Positions 12,567 through 25,700 are shown, counted from the first letter of the stretch. The stretch is DNA of 64,000 bases from Chiloscyllium plagiosum (GCF_004010195.1 NC_057750.1:12189144-12253143); one strand, 5' to 3'. Made by a program: numbers and translations. Notes: generated by a model from the sequence alone, not told the origin.

Positions 12567-13005
12567 CCAACCCATCTATATCCCTCTGTAACATACAACC
12601 ATCTTCACCACTGACCATGCTATCAATCTTAGTGTCGTCTACAAATTTGCTTAACATTCCCCCAACATTATCATCTATATCATTAATGTACATATCATGA
12701 ACAATAAGGATCCCAATAGTGATCCTTGTGGTACACTGCTGGCCAGCGGCCTCCAGTCACTCAAACGGCATTCTACCACCACCCTTTGTGTTCCATTATT
12801 AAACCAGTTTCAAATCCATCTCACCAAGTTTTCCTGAATGCCATGTGCTTTAACCTTCTCTATCTGTCTCCCATGTGGGACCTTCTCAACAGCTTTGTTA
12901 AAATCAATCTAAGCTACATCAGCTGAACTTCCCTCATCCACATCCTTGATCACATTTTCAAAACATTCTAACACATTTGTTAGACATGACCTCCCCCTGA
13001 CAAAG

Positions 13006-13609
13006 GAGATAGTGAGGACTGCAGATGCTGGAGAGTCAGAGTCGATAAAGCGTGGAGCTGGAAAAAGCACAGCAGGTCAGGCAGCATCTGAGGAGCAGGG
13101 GAGTCGATGTTTCAGGTCAGTATCTTGCGCCAGGACTGGGGAGGGGGAAGGGGCTGAGAAATTAATGGGAGGGTGGTGGTGGTGCTGGGAGAAAGATAGG
13201 AGGTTTGATCGGTATGAAGGGTGGAGCGTATAGATGGGAAGGAAAATGGGCCTCTCACCTGATTTATTGCGTCCATTGCTCCCGATGTGGTCTCCTCTAC
13301 ATCTGAGAGACAAAGCACAAACTTGGGGACTAGTTCAGGGAACATCGGTGGTCTGTACATTCCAATCAACCCCACTTTCCAGTTGCCAGCCATTTGAACT
13401 CCTCCTCCCACTCCCCTGATGATAGGTCCATCCTGGCCCTCCTCCACTGTTAAAGTTAAGTCACACACAAACTGGAGGAAGAACACTTCAATCATAGGGC
13501 TTTAACATAGAATTTACCAGCTTCCAAATCTCCCCTGAGAAACTTCCCCTATTTATTTCTCAGCCTCCTTCCCCCCCTCCCCAGTCCTGATGAAAGGTCC
13601 CCTGCTCCT
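13006..13609 (+). mobile_element. Penelope-like element with inverted 5' pLTR and GIY-YIG remnant
   Basis: TSD ctccccctgacaaag (12991-13005) / ctccctctgacaaag (13610-13624). 13006-13250 is an inverted pLTR. 13265-13345 encodes YCVHCSRCGLLYI*ETKHKLGD*FREH (GIY-YIG). Confidence 0.85.
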
Positions 13610-14104
13610 CTCCCTCTGACAAAGCCACGCTGACTATCCTTATTTAACCCATGCCTTTCCAAGTGGGTGTTATTTCACTCCTTCAGAATTTTCTCCAGTA
13701 GTTTCCTAACCACTGATGTGAGACTCACCCATTTATAATTTCCTGGTTCATCGCTACCATCCTTTTTAAAAAGTGGAACCACATTAGCTGTCCTCCAGCC
13801 CTCTCACACTTCCCCTGTGGCCAGAGAGGAATTAAAAATTGGAGTCAGAGGCTCCGTAATTGTCTGTCTCACCTCCCACAACAGCGTGGGATACAGTTCA
13901 TCTGGGCCAGGGGGTTTGTCTGTTTATAAGCCCAAAAGAGCTTCCATTACCTGCCAATTTCCTATATCAAGCATTGCAAGTTCCCTCACAGTCCCTTTTC
14001 CCTGAATATGTCTTCCTTTTCCAGAGTGAAGACCAAAGAAAAGTATTCATTCAACACCCTTCCAAAATCCTGCCCCCTTTGGTCCCTAATTGTTTGTAAT
14101 CTTC

Positions 14105-14333
14105 GCTGAAACAAAAAATGCTGGAAATCACAGCGGGTCAGGCAGCATCTGTAGAGAGAGAGAGCAAGTTGACATTTCGACTCTAGATGACTCTTCATGA
14201 GATGACTTCAGGAAGAAGACTGTTCTTTCGAATCATCTAGACTCGAAACATTACTGTCTCTCCTGACACATTGAGGTTTCCAGCATTTTTGTGTTTTTAG
14301 TCCAGATTCCAGCATCTACAGTAATTAGTTCCT
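14105..14333. mobile_element. Fold-back PLE pLTR cassette
   Basis: aaaaaatgctggaaatcac...tttcgactctagatga is mirrored by tcatctagactcgaaac...ttccagcatttttg. Confidence 0.7.
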
Positions 14334-14901
14334 ATACTGGGTCCTACTCTTTCCCTGGTTAACCTCTTCCTTTTAATGTATTTATAAAATGTCTTCAGAT
14401 TCCCCCTAATCCTGTTTGCAACTCCTTTCTCATGCCCCCTTTTCGTTTTTCTAATTGCTTTCTTAAGTTTACCTCCTTCACTTCCTGTATTTCTCTATGA
14501 CCGCCACTAAATTACTCTCTTTGGACTTGTTAAAGGCCCTACTCTTCTTCCTCAACCAGTCTTGAATTGTCTGAGATATCCAGGGTTCTCTGAACTTATA
14601 GTTCCTACATTTCCCTCTAAAGGGTACATGCTGGACCTGTACTTTCCTCAGCTCATTTTTGAATGTCCATCCCCGCTCCTCCCACACTCTGTAACCATGG
14701 CTCCACTGTAGATTTACCAGAAGGAGCAGGTCCCAGTCTACTGTGGTCAGATTCTGCTTTTAAAAAAAAAGCCTTCCCCACCCATTCTAAAGCTGTCTTT
14801 TGCAGGTTATCTTTTTTCTTGTCCAGAATAAATTTAAACTGTACCATGTTGTGGTCACTATTGTTACAATATTCCCCCATTGCCATGTTGAACACTTAAT
14901 C

Positions 14902-15055
14902 GAACATAGAACAGTACAGCTCAGTCCAGGCCCTTCGGCCCTCAATGTTGTGCTGGCCTTTCATCCTATCTAAGGTCAGACTAACCTACATACCCTTCAT
15001 TGTACTATCTTCCATGTGCCCATCCAAGAGTCACTTAAATATCCCTAATGTATCT
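14902..15055 (-). mobile_element. Nested CR1 3' end
   Basis: gaacatagaacagtacagc..ggcccttcggccctcaatgttgtgc terminus inserted into the older CR1 APE region. Confidence 0.75.
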
Positions 15056-15170
15056 GACTTGTCTGGCTTCTTTCCCCAGAACCAGAACCTACACTGCACT
15101 GGCCCTTCTACATATTGGTTCAAAAAAGCTCCTCCGGTTACGTTTCAAGAAATCCACCTCCTCTAAACTT

Positions 15171-17727
15171 TATTTTAGATATAGACAACTTGGTTCAATT
15201 GAATCTCTTAACCAATACAAAGAGTGTAGGGGCATTCTTAAGAAAGTAATCAAGAAGGCAAAGAGGAGGTAAGCAATAACATTGACAGATATGTTTAAGG
15301 ATAATCCAAAGAAAATATACAAATAAGTTAAGAGCAAGAAGGTAAATAGAGAGAGAGGATAGGGCCCCTTAATTATCAAGGAGGTCATCTTTGTGCTGAA
15401 CACCATGAGCTGGGAGAGATACTGTGAATATTTTGTCTTAGTTTTTACTGTGGAGAAAGAAATGGGGTCTAGAGAATGCAGAGAAATAAATTTTGATGTT
15501 TTGAAAAGAGTTTGCATTACAGAAGAGCAAGTCTTAGAGAATATAAAGATAGATAAATCTCCAGGACCTGACCTACTGTATGCCAGAATGTTGTGGGAAG
15601 TAAGGGAGGAAATTGTGAGACCCCTTGCAGAAATAGTTGCTTTGTCTATAACTACAGGTGAGGTACCTGATGACTGGAGAGTGGCTAATGTTGTACCTTT
15701 GTTTAAGGAAAGTTGTAAGGAGAAACTGAGGAACTATAGACCTGACAGTCTGACTTCAGTTGTGGGTAAATTGTTGGAGGTAATTTAGAGAGGCAAAAAT
15801 TGATCAGGGATGGACAGCATGGTTTTGTGTGAGGAAAGTCGTGTCTCACAAACTTGATTGCGTTTTTTTGAGGAAGTTACCAAAACAATTAATGATGGCA
15901 GAGCAGTAGACATTGTTTACTTGGATTTTAGTAAAGCCTTCAACCAGGTTCCTCATGGTAGGTTAATTATTAAAGTTAGGTCTCATGGGATTGAGGGTGA
16001 GCTTGCCAATTGGATACATAATTAGCTTAACAGCAGGAGACAGAGAACGGTGGTGGTGAAGGGTTGCTTTTCAGACTGCAGGCCTGTCACCAGTGGTGTT
16101 CCACAGTGATTGGTTCTGGGTCCTCTTTTGTGTGTCATTTATATAAATGATTTGGATGAGAATATGGGAAGCATGGTTAGTAAATTTGCAGATGATACCA
16201 AAATTGGTGGCATTTTAGATAGTGAAGAAATGTTTCTCAGATTACAGAGGTATTTTGATCAAATGTGCTAATGGGGTGAAAAATGGCAGATGGAGTTCAA
16301 TATGGATAAATGTGAGGTACAATAAGCAAGGGTAGGGCTTATACAGTTAATCATATCATAGAATCATAGGGTCTTGGAGTAGTGTTGTAGAACAGAGGGG
16401 CCAAGGGGTGCAGGTACATAATTCTTTGAATTTTGCGTCACATTTACAAAGAACAAAGAAACAAACAGGCCCTTCAGCCCTCCAAGTCTGTGCCAATCAT
16501 CATGCCCTAACTAAACTATTCCCACCCTATTCATGTAACCATCCAGATGCATCTGGAAGGTCACCAATGTGCCTGTTTCCACCAGCTCCTCTGACAGTGC
16601 GTTCCAGACTCCTACGACTCTCTGTGTGAAAAACCTGCCTTACGCATCTCCCTTAAACTTTCCCTCTCTCACCTTGAATCTGTGTATCCTTGTAGTTGAA
16701 ACTTCAACCCTGGTAACAAGCCTCTGACTATCCATCTATCGATGCCTCTCATAATTTTGTAAACCGCTATCAGGTCTCTTCTCAGCCACAGTGAAAGCAA
16801 TCCTAGTCTTTTTAATCTTTCCTCATAGCCAAAGCCCTCGAAACCAGGCACCATCCTGGTGAACCTTCTCTGCACTCTGTCCAAAGCTTCTACGTCCTTC
16901 TGGTAGTGTGGTGACCAAAACTGCAGACAATACTCCAAATGCAGCCTAACAAGGGTTTTATTTGGCTGCAACATGGTTTGCCAACTCATGTATTCCATGC
17001 TTCAACCAATGAAGGCACACATGCCATATGCCTTCTTAATCACCCTGGTCACCTGTGTTGCCACATTTTGGGGAATTGTGGACCTGCTTGCTCAGATCTA
17101 TCTGTATGTCAATACAGACAGGGTGTGTAAAAAGGTGTTTGGCACACTTGCCTTCATTGTTCAGGTCCATTGAGTATAGGAGTTGGCGAGTCATTTTGAG
17201 GTTGTGCAGGATGTTGGTGAGGCCTCTTCTGGAGTACTGTGTCCAGTTCTGGTTGCCCAGTTATGGGAAGGATATCATTAAACTGGAAAGGTTTCAGAAG
17301 AGATTTACCAGGCTGTTGCTGGGTATGGAAGTTATAAAGAAGGCTGGGTAGGCTGAGACTTTATATACTGGAGCATAGGAGGTTGAGAGGTGACCCTGAT
17401 AGAAGTTTATAAAACAATGACAGGTATAGGTAGAGGTAATGGTAGTTGTCTTTTCCCTAGGATGGAGAATTTCAAGACCACAGGACACATTTTTAAGGTG
17501 AGAGGAGAGAGATTTAAAAAGGACATGAGGGGCAAGGTTTTTACACAGAGGGTAGTTTGTGCGTGGAACGAACTTTCTGAGGAGGTGGTGAATAAGTCCA
17601 TGAATAGGAAAGGTTTGGAGGGATATGGCCCAGGTGCAGGCAGATGGGACTAGTTTAGTTTGGGATTAGGGTCAGCATGTACTGGTTGAAATGAAGGGCC
17701 TGTTTTCGTGCTGTATGACTCTATGAG
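15171..17727 (+). mobile_element. 5'-truncated CR1 LINE (ORF2 RT) nested in the minus-strand CR1
   Basis: KSPGPDLLYARML, VPDDWRVANVVPLFK, NYRPDSLTSVVGKLLE, LVRPLLEYCVQFW; tail ctgtatgactctatgag at about 17711-17727. Confidence 0.9.
16444..17112 (-). mobile_element. CR1 3' fragment nested within 15171-17727
   Basis: ORF 16669..16998 LVRLHLEYCLQFWSPHYQKDVEALDRVQRRFTRM; tail acaaagaacaaagaa at 16446. Confidence 0.85.
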
Positions 17728-17805
17728 TATGTCCAATTCATGTCGGGAACATTGAAATCCCTGGTATAATTACCCAGTTATTATTCTTACATACCCCTTT
17801 GAGCT

Positions 17806-17917
17806 AGGAGAAAGGGTATGTAGAGAAAGGGGCCTGAAGAAGGGCTCATTACGAAACGTCGATCTCCTGCTCCTTGGATGCTGCCTGACCTGCTGCGCTT
17901 TTCCAGCAACACATTTT
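17806..17917 (+). mobile_element. Short PLE insertion with perfect 16-bp TSD
   Basis: catacccctttgagct at 17790-17805 and 17918-17933; hammerhead-like CTGAAGA..GAAACGTC at 17834-17860. Confidence 0.85.
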
Positions 17918-18889
17918 CATACCCCTTTGAGCTGTCTGTCTACATATGTGCTCCTCTATTTCCCACTGACTCTTTTGGGGCCTATAATATACTCCCAATA
18001 AATTAGCTGCCCCCTTAACATTCTTAAGTTCTACCCACAAAGCCTCATTTGAGGACCCTTATCATTTCTCCTTACTGCAGTAATTGACTCCTTAATTAAT
18101 AGTCGCTACACCACCATCCTTTTTACACCCTCCTCGCTCTCCTCTAAAGACCTGAAAGACTGGAATGTTACGTTGCCAGTCCAGCCCTTTTCTCAACCAT
18201 TTTTCAGTGATGGCAACAATATCATACTTCCATGTGGCAATCCATGCCATTCACTCATCAGTCTTAACTCTTAGACTCCTAGCATTAATTAAAGACCATC
18301 CAGCCTTGCCTTATTCTCTTGACACTCAACATGGTTGAACTCACTCTGACTTACTTCCTTTGCTGTTGCATGATGTATCTCTGTTTCATCAATATTGTGT
18401 CCCCTCCCCCTGCCAGACTAATATAAACTCCTCCGAACAGCAGTTGGAAACATACCTGCAAGAATGTTGGTCCCAATGTGGTTCAGGTGCAGACTATGCC
18501 ATTCCCAAAAACAGTTCCAATGATCCAGGAATCTAAAACCCACCTTCTTGCGCAAACTCTTGAGCCACGCATTTACCTGTCCTATTTTCCTACTTCTAAA
18601 CTCGTTAGCACATGGCATCGGAAGTAATGCAGAGATTACAACCATTGAAGTCCTGCTTTTTAATGTACTGCCTAGCTCCCTGAATTCTTGATGCAAGACC
18701 TCATTCCTCACTTTGCCCATATCGTTGGTACCATGACCTCTAACTCATTATCCTCCCCTCTCAGGATGCCCTGCAGCCATTCAGTGACATCCCTGACCCT
18801 GGCACCAAGGAGTCAAGACACCATCCTGGAGTTCTAATTAGTCTTGCTCTTTCAAAGAGGCACAATGGCGCAATGTATTTATTTTTACT

Positions 18890-19500
18890 TCTTAGCAGGG
18901 TGTAGATGTCAGTAGCTGGACCAGTGTTCATTTCTTAACTCATTTCTTCAAAAATGAGATGATGAGCTGCTTTCTTTAATCGCTGCAGTTAATTTGGTGA
19001 AGCTACATCCATGATGCTGTTCAGAAGGGAATTCTAAGGTGTTGACCCAGCAACAATGAAAGGATATAGTTTCAAGTCAGGATGTTGTGTGGCTTGGAGA
19101 GAAACTTGCGGGCGGCACTGTTAGCATGCACTTGTCTTTCTAGGTGGTAGAAGCCAAGGGATTTGAAGGTTCTGTTGAAGGAATTTTATGAGTTGCTGAA
19201 GTGAATCTTGCAGAGGGTACACACTGCTACCACCGTCCATTGGTAGTGGAGAGCTCATGGTGAAAGTGGTGGATGAGGTGCTAATCAAATGGATTGCTTT
19301 GTTCTATATAGTATTGAACTTCCTGAGTGTTTTTGGAGCTGCAGTTATTCAACTAAGTGGACAGTATTCCATCCCAACGTTGACTTGTGCTTTGTAGATG
19401 GTGGACCTGGTTTGGGGAGTCAGGAGGTGATTCTCCCTCTGCAGAATTCCAAGTCTCTGACCTTCACTTGTAGCTGCAGTATTTACGTAGCTGATTCAAT
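18890..19500 (-). mobile_element. Zenon-like LINE 3' fragment
   Basis: Collinear with 46540-47170 (gacccagcaacaatgaa, caagtcaggatg, gtacacactgct). Confidence 0.75.
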
Positions 19501-19788
19501 TCACTTTCAGAGGCCAGAAGAATTACCCTTTCTATGATGTATCATTCTCTTGTTCTATGGCTTTGCTCCCCATGCAAAGTTATTTGAATTAGGCAGTGCT
19601 GCGCAATGCTAGATGTTTCCCCTTGTCTCACCTTGCTTGTATAAAGGGGCATTACTGGGCTGCTATTCAACAGTTGAGGGGCATTGAAATGGCATTTATT
19701 TAAGAACTTATGAATTAAAACATAATCTTGCTGATGAATTCAGCATTTACCTTCTTTCTTATTTCCTTGTAAGCTATTCAATGCCTCT

Positions 19789-19928
19789 TCAGTCTTCATT
19801 CTTCAATCCTGAAGAAGAGTTACACCCAAAACGTTGACTTCTCCACCTCCTGATGCTGTCTGGCTTGCTGTGTTCTTCCAGCCTCCTGCCTGTCTACCCT
19901 GGATTCCAGCATCTGCAGTTTTTTGTCT
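19789..19928 (+). mobile_element. Short PLE insertion with 15-bp TSD
   Basis: ctattcaatgcctct (19774-19788) / ctattcactgcctct (19929-19943); degenerate core cCTGAAGAagagttacacccAAAAcgtt. Confidence 0.75.
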
Positions 19929-20969
19929 CTATTCACTGCCTCTGTCTAAGTTTTTTAAACCCTATGATCTGTATGTCCTTGCTTACTATGACCTCCCTGT
20001 ACTGCTCGGAAACAAAGCTTTTCACTGTACAGTACTTAGATAGATGTGACAGTAAAATAATCAATCAATTAATCAACCAACAGAGAAAACAAATGTGCCA
20101 CAGGGGTTACAAATGCATTAGCCTTGCTCAGAAACATCATACACTGACCCTAGGTAACTGTGTTCATCAGCGTTAATACTTTCCTCTGAGGACCGTGATA
20201 TTCCAGTTCCAGAAAAGGCTGACCTTTCTCCAGTAGGCAATAACCGAACATGTTTGCCACCTACCCCAGAACCGGAGACCCTCTTTGTATGGCCATACAC
20301 TCTACTGTAGGGTCATTGACAGTTATGAAAGAATCATTTCCTACAGGGATCTGTACTGACATGGAAGGTCCATTTGACCGATTCTTGGGATGAGGAGATT
20401 ATCTTTTGAAGAAAGGTTAGACAGGTTGGACCTATATCTGTTGGAGTTTATAAGAATTGCAAGTGGTCTTATTGAAACATGTAAGTCACATTGAAACACA
20501 TTGCTGGGGTCTGGATTCACACTTAAGCATGACTAGGCAATTTATATAATAAAATATATTTCATCTCAACAGTTTATATAACCAGATTGCGGTTTCCTTC
20601 CCTGAAGGACATTTGTGAACCACATGGGTTTTCCAGCAATTGACAATGGATTCATGGTCATCATTAGACTCTTAATGCCAGATCTGTCAAGGCAGGATTC
20701 AAACGCAGGCTCTTCAGAACATTACTTGGGTCTCTACGTTAACAGCCCAGTGATAATACCACTAGACTCTCGCCTCTCCTCAATGAATCGGGTTCATTGC
20801 AAATAGGGAGCCATGCTTAGATATGCATTAACAGGGATCGGTGATAATGCGTCTCTGTACTACCAACGTAAGACAGTGATAATATTTTATGTTCACACAA
20901 CTCATTGGTGGTAATGTGATTCAATATTACCATGGTTCAATTTTAGCATTGAATGTTATTTATAGCCAC

Positions 20970-21305
20970 TATTTATATCTGTTGCTATTAAAATGGGCCT
21001 CCAGAGACTCAAGTATGTTATGGGGACCCTTTTGATGGCATGACAGATGGTGGAATTGACTTCAATAATACGTTGGAATTAAGAGTCTAATGATGACCAT
21101 GAAGCAATTGTTGATTGTTGGAAAAAAGCCCATCTGGTTCACTAAAGTCCTATCGGGAAGGAAATCTGCCATCCTTACCTGGTCTGACGTACATGTGACT
21201 CTAGACACACAGCCACGTGGTTTACTCTTAACTGCCCTCTGGCAATTAGGAATAGGCGGTAAATCCTGGCTTAGCCAGTAATACCCACCTCCTGTGAATG
21301 AATAA
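20970..21305 (+). mobile_element. tRNA-headed SINE-like derivative of the Zenon-like LINE (a second partial copy lies at about 20590-20780, minus)
   Basis: cccatctggttcactaa..ggaaggaaatctgccatccttacctggtctg..actgccctctggcaattagg. Confidence 0.75.
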
Positions 21306-21319
21306 TAAAGAAAGTATCA

Positions 21320-21620
21320 TCTCAATCTTAGCATGAATCAGTATTAATTGGGATTGGTATTTGCATTTGCCAATCTTAATGATGTTCATTGTTAAATATG
21401 GGTCTGTATTAGTATTATGAGTGATCAGTACCAACATGGTCAGCATTAACAGGTTTTCAATATAAACAGTAATCAGTATGAATACAGGTCAACATTAGTA
21501 TGAATGTTATTAACAAGGTCGATATTAGCAGGGTTAGTATTATCATGAAGCAGTAACAAGAGGAATTGGTATTGCAAGCAATAAATACTGACACAGTGCA
21601 ATACTAATTGGATTCTATTA
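21320..21620. repeat. Decayed short-period minisatellite (ggtcagtattaaca-like unit)
   Basis: Recurrent tcagtatt / gtcagcattaacagg / ggtcaacattagta / ggttagtatt motifs. Confidence 0.45.
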
Positions 21621-21694
21621 TGGAAATCAATGATGTTGGGGAGCAGCCAATGTGAATCAACATGTTGGAAGATAATTTATATTTATTTATAGGA

Positions 21695-22235
21695 CAAGCA
21701 TAAGAATTAGGAGCAGGATTAAGGCGTAGACTTCTTCGAGCTACTTAACAAGATAAAGGCTGATTCTCAACTTTAGTTCCACCTTCTCGTTTGGTTTCTG
21801 TAGTGATCAAAATTCATGAATATATCAAAAACTGAATATCCAGAGCCAGGGGAAATAAACTCAACATCTTCCCTTTCAAGCCCTCTCAGAATCTTAGCTG
21901 CTTGAATGAGATTGCCTCTTGTTCTCTAGACCTCAGTGTGTTTAGGCCCATTTTACGTGATCCCTTGCATAGTCTGACCGTCCCATCCCAGTCAACCCAG
22001 TGAACGTGTGATGCACTCCCTTAAAGGTAAGTATATCCTTCCTTATGCAGGGAGACCAGAGCTGTTCACAATACTCGAGTGTGATCACACCAAAGCCATG
22101 TATAATTGAAGCAAGACTTTTTTCATCTTGTCTTTCAAGTTCCTTGCAATAAAGGCCAATATGCCATTTGCCTTCCTAATCATCTGCTCTACCTGCATTT
22201 GAATTTCCTCTGCTTCTTGTGCAAATGTTCCTGTT
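21695..22235 (-). mobile_element. Old CR1 3' fragment
   Basis: IRKANGILAFIARNL..VLLQLYMALV (ORF 22085..22315); tail cataagaattaggagcagg. Confidence 0.75.
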
Positions 22236-22844
22236 TTTCTGGACAGGGTGTGTTTGAGCATCTTAGGAATAGGGGAGTGGGAGAGGAGGTGAGGGCCTGA
22301 ATTTTTGAAGTCCATGTGGGGAGGAAGGAAGGTAGGTGGATATTTTATGGGGGATGTTCTAGATGTGCAAACAAATTGATGAAGAAAGAAATCTCCTTAC
22401 TCCCGCATGAGTGCTTTATATCATTAGCAGGTTAATACTGGGCTAAATCATTTTAATAATCTCAATTGATACTTGCTTTTAAATATCACAGGTGATCACT
22501 TCACTTCTCCTCCTTACAAACAGCTTGTTTAAAAAATTGGGCTTCTCACACTTCCCTGTCGTCCACTACCTGGTATATTGTGGTAGTGGAGGTGGATTGA
22601 GCAGGCAATAATTCTCTAAGGGTTGCGAGGGTATGTTTCAGCAGGAAGACTCTGTGTTTCTAGAGGTGCAGACTCCATTGAGCCGGAATAAGGTTGCCAT
22701 GGTACACAGAGCAAACACCCCTTCAATTAGTATTCTTGCAATATGTCCTGATGAAAGTAAGACAAAATGCTTCAACAAAATTTATTTCATTTCAAGAAAT
22801 TCTTAAATTCTGTCCTACCAAATGACTATTAATATTAATTAAAT

Positions 22845-23075
22845 AAAACAGAGCAAAGAACTGCAGAGGGTGGCGATCTGAAACAAGACAGAAATTGCTG
22901 GAGAAACTCAGCAGGACTGGCAACTTCTGTAGAGAGAAGACAGAGTTAATGTTTCAATTTCAATGAGTCTTTCTTCAAACTCTCCTAAAGTGTTACTGGA
23001 CTCAAAAAGTTAACTCTGTTTTCTCTCCACTGTCAGACCTGCTATGGGTTTGTCTAGACATTTCAGCTTCTGATT
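22845..23075. mobile_element. Fold-back PLE pLTR cassette
   Basis: cagagttaatgtttc is mirrored by aagttaactctgttttctctccac. Confidence 0.65.
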
Positions 23076-24916
23076 CATGTTAATTTCTTCCATTTCATCA
23101 GAATCAATAGATCCTTGGTTAGCTGTTGTTTCTGCTGCAGGTTTGAGTCTTCTGCTTTAAAGACAGATACAAAATAAATTGTTTAACGTCGCTAGTTCCC
23201 TTATTTCTCATTGTAAGTTTTTCTGTCTCAGTCTCTGAAGGACCCATGTTCAATTTTGCTACTGTCCTTTTCACATACTTGCAAAAGCCCTTACAATCAT
23301 TCTTATATTTTTATCCATCATCAGTGATTTCGGTCATCCATTGCTGCTTTCTAAAACTCTCCGTTCATCTTACTATGCTGTTTGTAAGCAATACTATAAC
23401 TCACTTTAAAGCAATAATATTGTTAATTGCAATTAGTCTTGCAAGGGGAGCCTGTCAGCACAGGAGATATTTAGTGATTAACATTGAACATATTCTAGAT
23501 GTATTTTTTTCCATTTATGTTGGATTTCCTGTGTTACCCAATTTCCTATTTCTAATTGGGTGGCTAGCGACTAGTTCCAAATGGTTTCTGTTTGCAAATT
23601 GTAACCTGCAGCCAATTGCCAGAAAGAATATAAAGGATGTCCTATGTATATTTTACTTAGCAGTAGCTCACCATGACAAAGTTGGTGATGTCGTGGAAGT
23701 GTCAAGAGACTCATAATTCAAAGGGATGCTGGATCAAATCCCACTGTGGCAACCGGTTAAGTTAAATTTGGTTAATAAATCTGGAATTGGAAACTACTCC
23801 CATTAATGGTGTTCATGAAACTATCATCCTCTAGTTCACTAATGTCATTTGCAGAAGGAAATCTGCCATCCTTACCTGGTCTGGCCAATATATGACTCTA
23901 CTCTCTCAGCAATATGGTTGACTTTCAAGTACCTTCTGGAGTGGATTCTGAAATCCCCCATTTTCTGGGCACTTAACAATAGGTAACAAATGCTGAGTCT
24001 GCCATTAATGTCCACATTTTATGTAAGAGTTGAAAATAAAATAATTTCCCATTACTGCCTTTCCACCCCACACTATATACTTGCTGAGAGATCAGGTGAT
24101 TGAGTGGCCATTACCTCTTTGAATTGTTTATCTTTCGAAAACTTGCCTGCTTTTCTCAGTATTGTTCACTGGGAGGGAATAGTTTGCATAAGGAGAGGTG
24201 GAGGATTTGGTGGGGGTGGGTGTTGGGGTCAGGTGAAGGTAAGATTTATCCCCAAGAGTGTCTTAATCTTTCGGCAAACAGATGGTATTAGCTGGCATAA
24301 GGTACAGCAGGCACAGGGAATGCTTTCACAGCAGCCTGCCTCCTGTGACAAGCAAAAGTCATATTTACATTCAAAACCCACCCACGCTCCAGCCCTAATG
24401 CTCATTTTGTTAACTTGAAAAGCCATTATGTAATAAAATATGCCTCACACAAAATTTAATTTGCAAACCATCGTACATTGCATCAGCCGTTTTGAACTGG
24501 TGAATTTTTAGCAATACAGATCCCGAATGAAAGCGTTTTAACTCTTTGTTTGATGGCCCTCTTTCTTCTTTGTTCAAACCTCTCACTAGAAATTCTGTCA
24601 AAACCATATATGGACTGTTAGCCTCTCAATTGGTGAAAGGATGCTCAAAGATTCCAAGTCCTGGCACTGCAACTTCTAGTTTATTGCAGTGTTTAAGTTC
24701 TACATTGCCTCCCTGCAAGCCACCACCCCCCATTTCTGTTAATATTGCAGCCTGAATCTAAAACTCAGTCACAGACCTTGCGCAGAAGAGCCACCCATTG
24801 AGGACAGAAGAGGTAACATTTGATTTTCAAGGCTCTAAGGTGGTAACTTTTAACTTCTTGGCTCAGATTGTTAAAAGGTCGGTAATGTACTCTGAAAATG
24901 AAACTAGTGTTCTTAA

Positions 24917-25157
24917 TCAAAAACAGAAATTGCTGAGGAAACTTAGCATGTCTGGCAGCATTTGTGGGGAAGAAGCAGGGTCAATTTTTCGAGTCTGGTG
25001 ACTCCTCATGAGAACTAGTGAGCTCTGATGGAGAGTCTCCGGACTCAAACACGTTAACTTTACTTTCTCCCCGTAGAAGCTGCCAGACCTGCTGAATTTT
25101 GGCAGCAATTTCTATTTTTGTTTCAAACCTTCAGAATTTGCAGTTCTTTGTTTTGTT
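24917..25157. mobile_element. Fold-back PLE pLTR cassette
   Basis: aaaacagaaattgctg..tctggcagc is mirrored by gctgccagacctgctg..cagcaatttctatttt. Confidence 0.7.
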
Positions 25158-25257
25158 CCGGTACTCTTAATGGCATGGAACCCATTGTCATTTTGAACAC
25201 AGCATGATCATATCACATTCTGACTGTTTGTTCTTCTCTTGCTATCTTGCCACTGCA

Positions 25258-25700
25258 CTGGAGAGTTTGAATTATATGGAAAGGCTGGATAAACTGGCAC
25301 TATTTTCATTGAACCATGGGAAGTTGAGAGGTGCCCTTATAGAGGTTTGTGAAATCATGACGAGGCCTAGATATGGTGAATTGCAAAGGTGTTTTCCCTA
25401 GGATAGGGGAGTTCAAAACCAGAGGGCATAGTTTAAAGGTGAGGAGAAAGATTTCAAAGGCACCTGAGGAGCAACGTTTCCATCCAGAGGATGGTTCATT
25501 TGCGGAATGTACTGCCAGAGGAAGTGGTGGATGCAGATGCAGTTACAACATTTAAAAGACATTTGGACAGATATATGAATAGGAAAGGTTTAGAGGGACA
25601 TGGACCAAATATAGGCAAATGGGAATAGTTTTGTTTGGGAAACTTGGTCGGGATCGATGCGTTGCACCAAAGGGTCTGTTTCCGTGCTGTATGACTCTAT
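25258..25700 (+). mobile_element. CR1/HER1 3' end
   Basis: LNYMERLDKLALFSL..LRGALIEV; tail gtgctgtatgactctat. Confidence 0.85.

Larger units (their letters stand above)
11572..18835 (-). mobile_element. Near full-length decayed CR1 LINE (ORF1 esterase plus ORF2 APE-RT) with nested insertions
   Basis: RT C-terminus 11687..12253 (LYRALVRPQLEYCVQFWSP), RT 12343..12693, APE 14653..14895 (NSDHNMV) and 17849..18040 (WVELKN..LLGVYYRP), ORF1 SGNH esterase 18418..18720 (VVISALLP, FRFLDHW, LHLNHIG). Collinear after removing the inserts. Confidence 0.85.

Noticed and set aside
23246..23716. 156-aa hydrophobic ORF
   Set aside because: It overlaps decayed minus-strand CR1-like sequence and a SINE head and has no domain motif.
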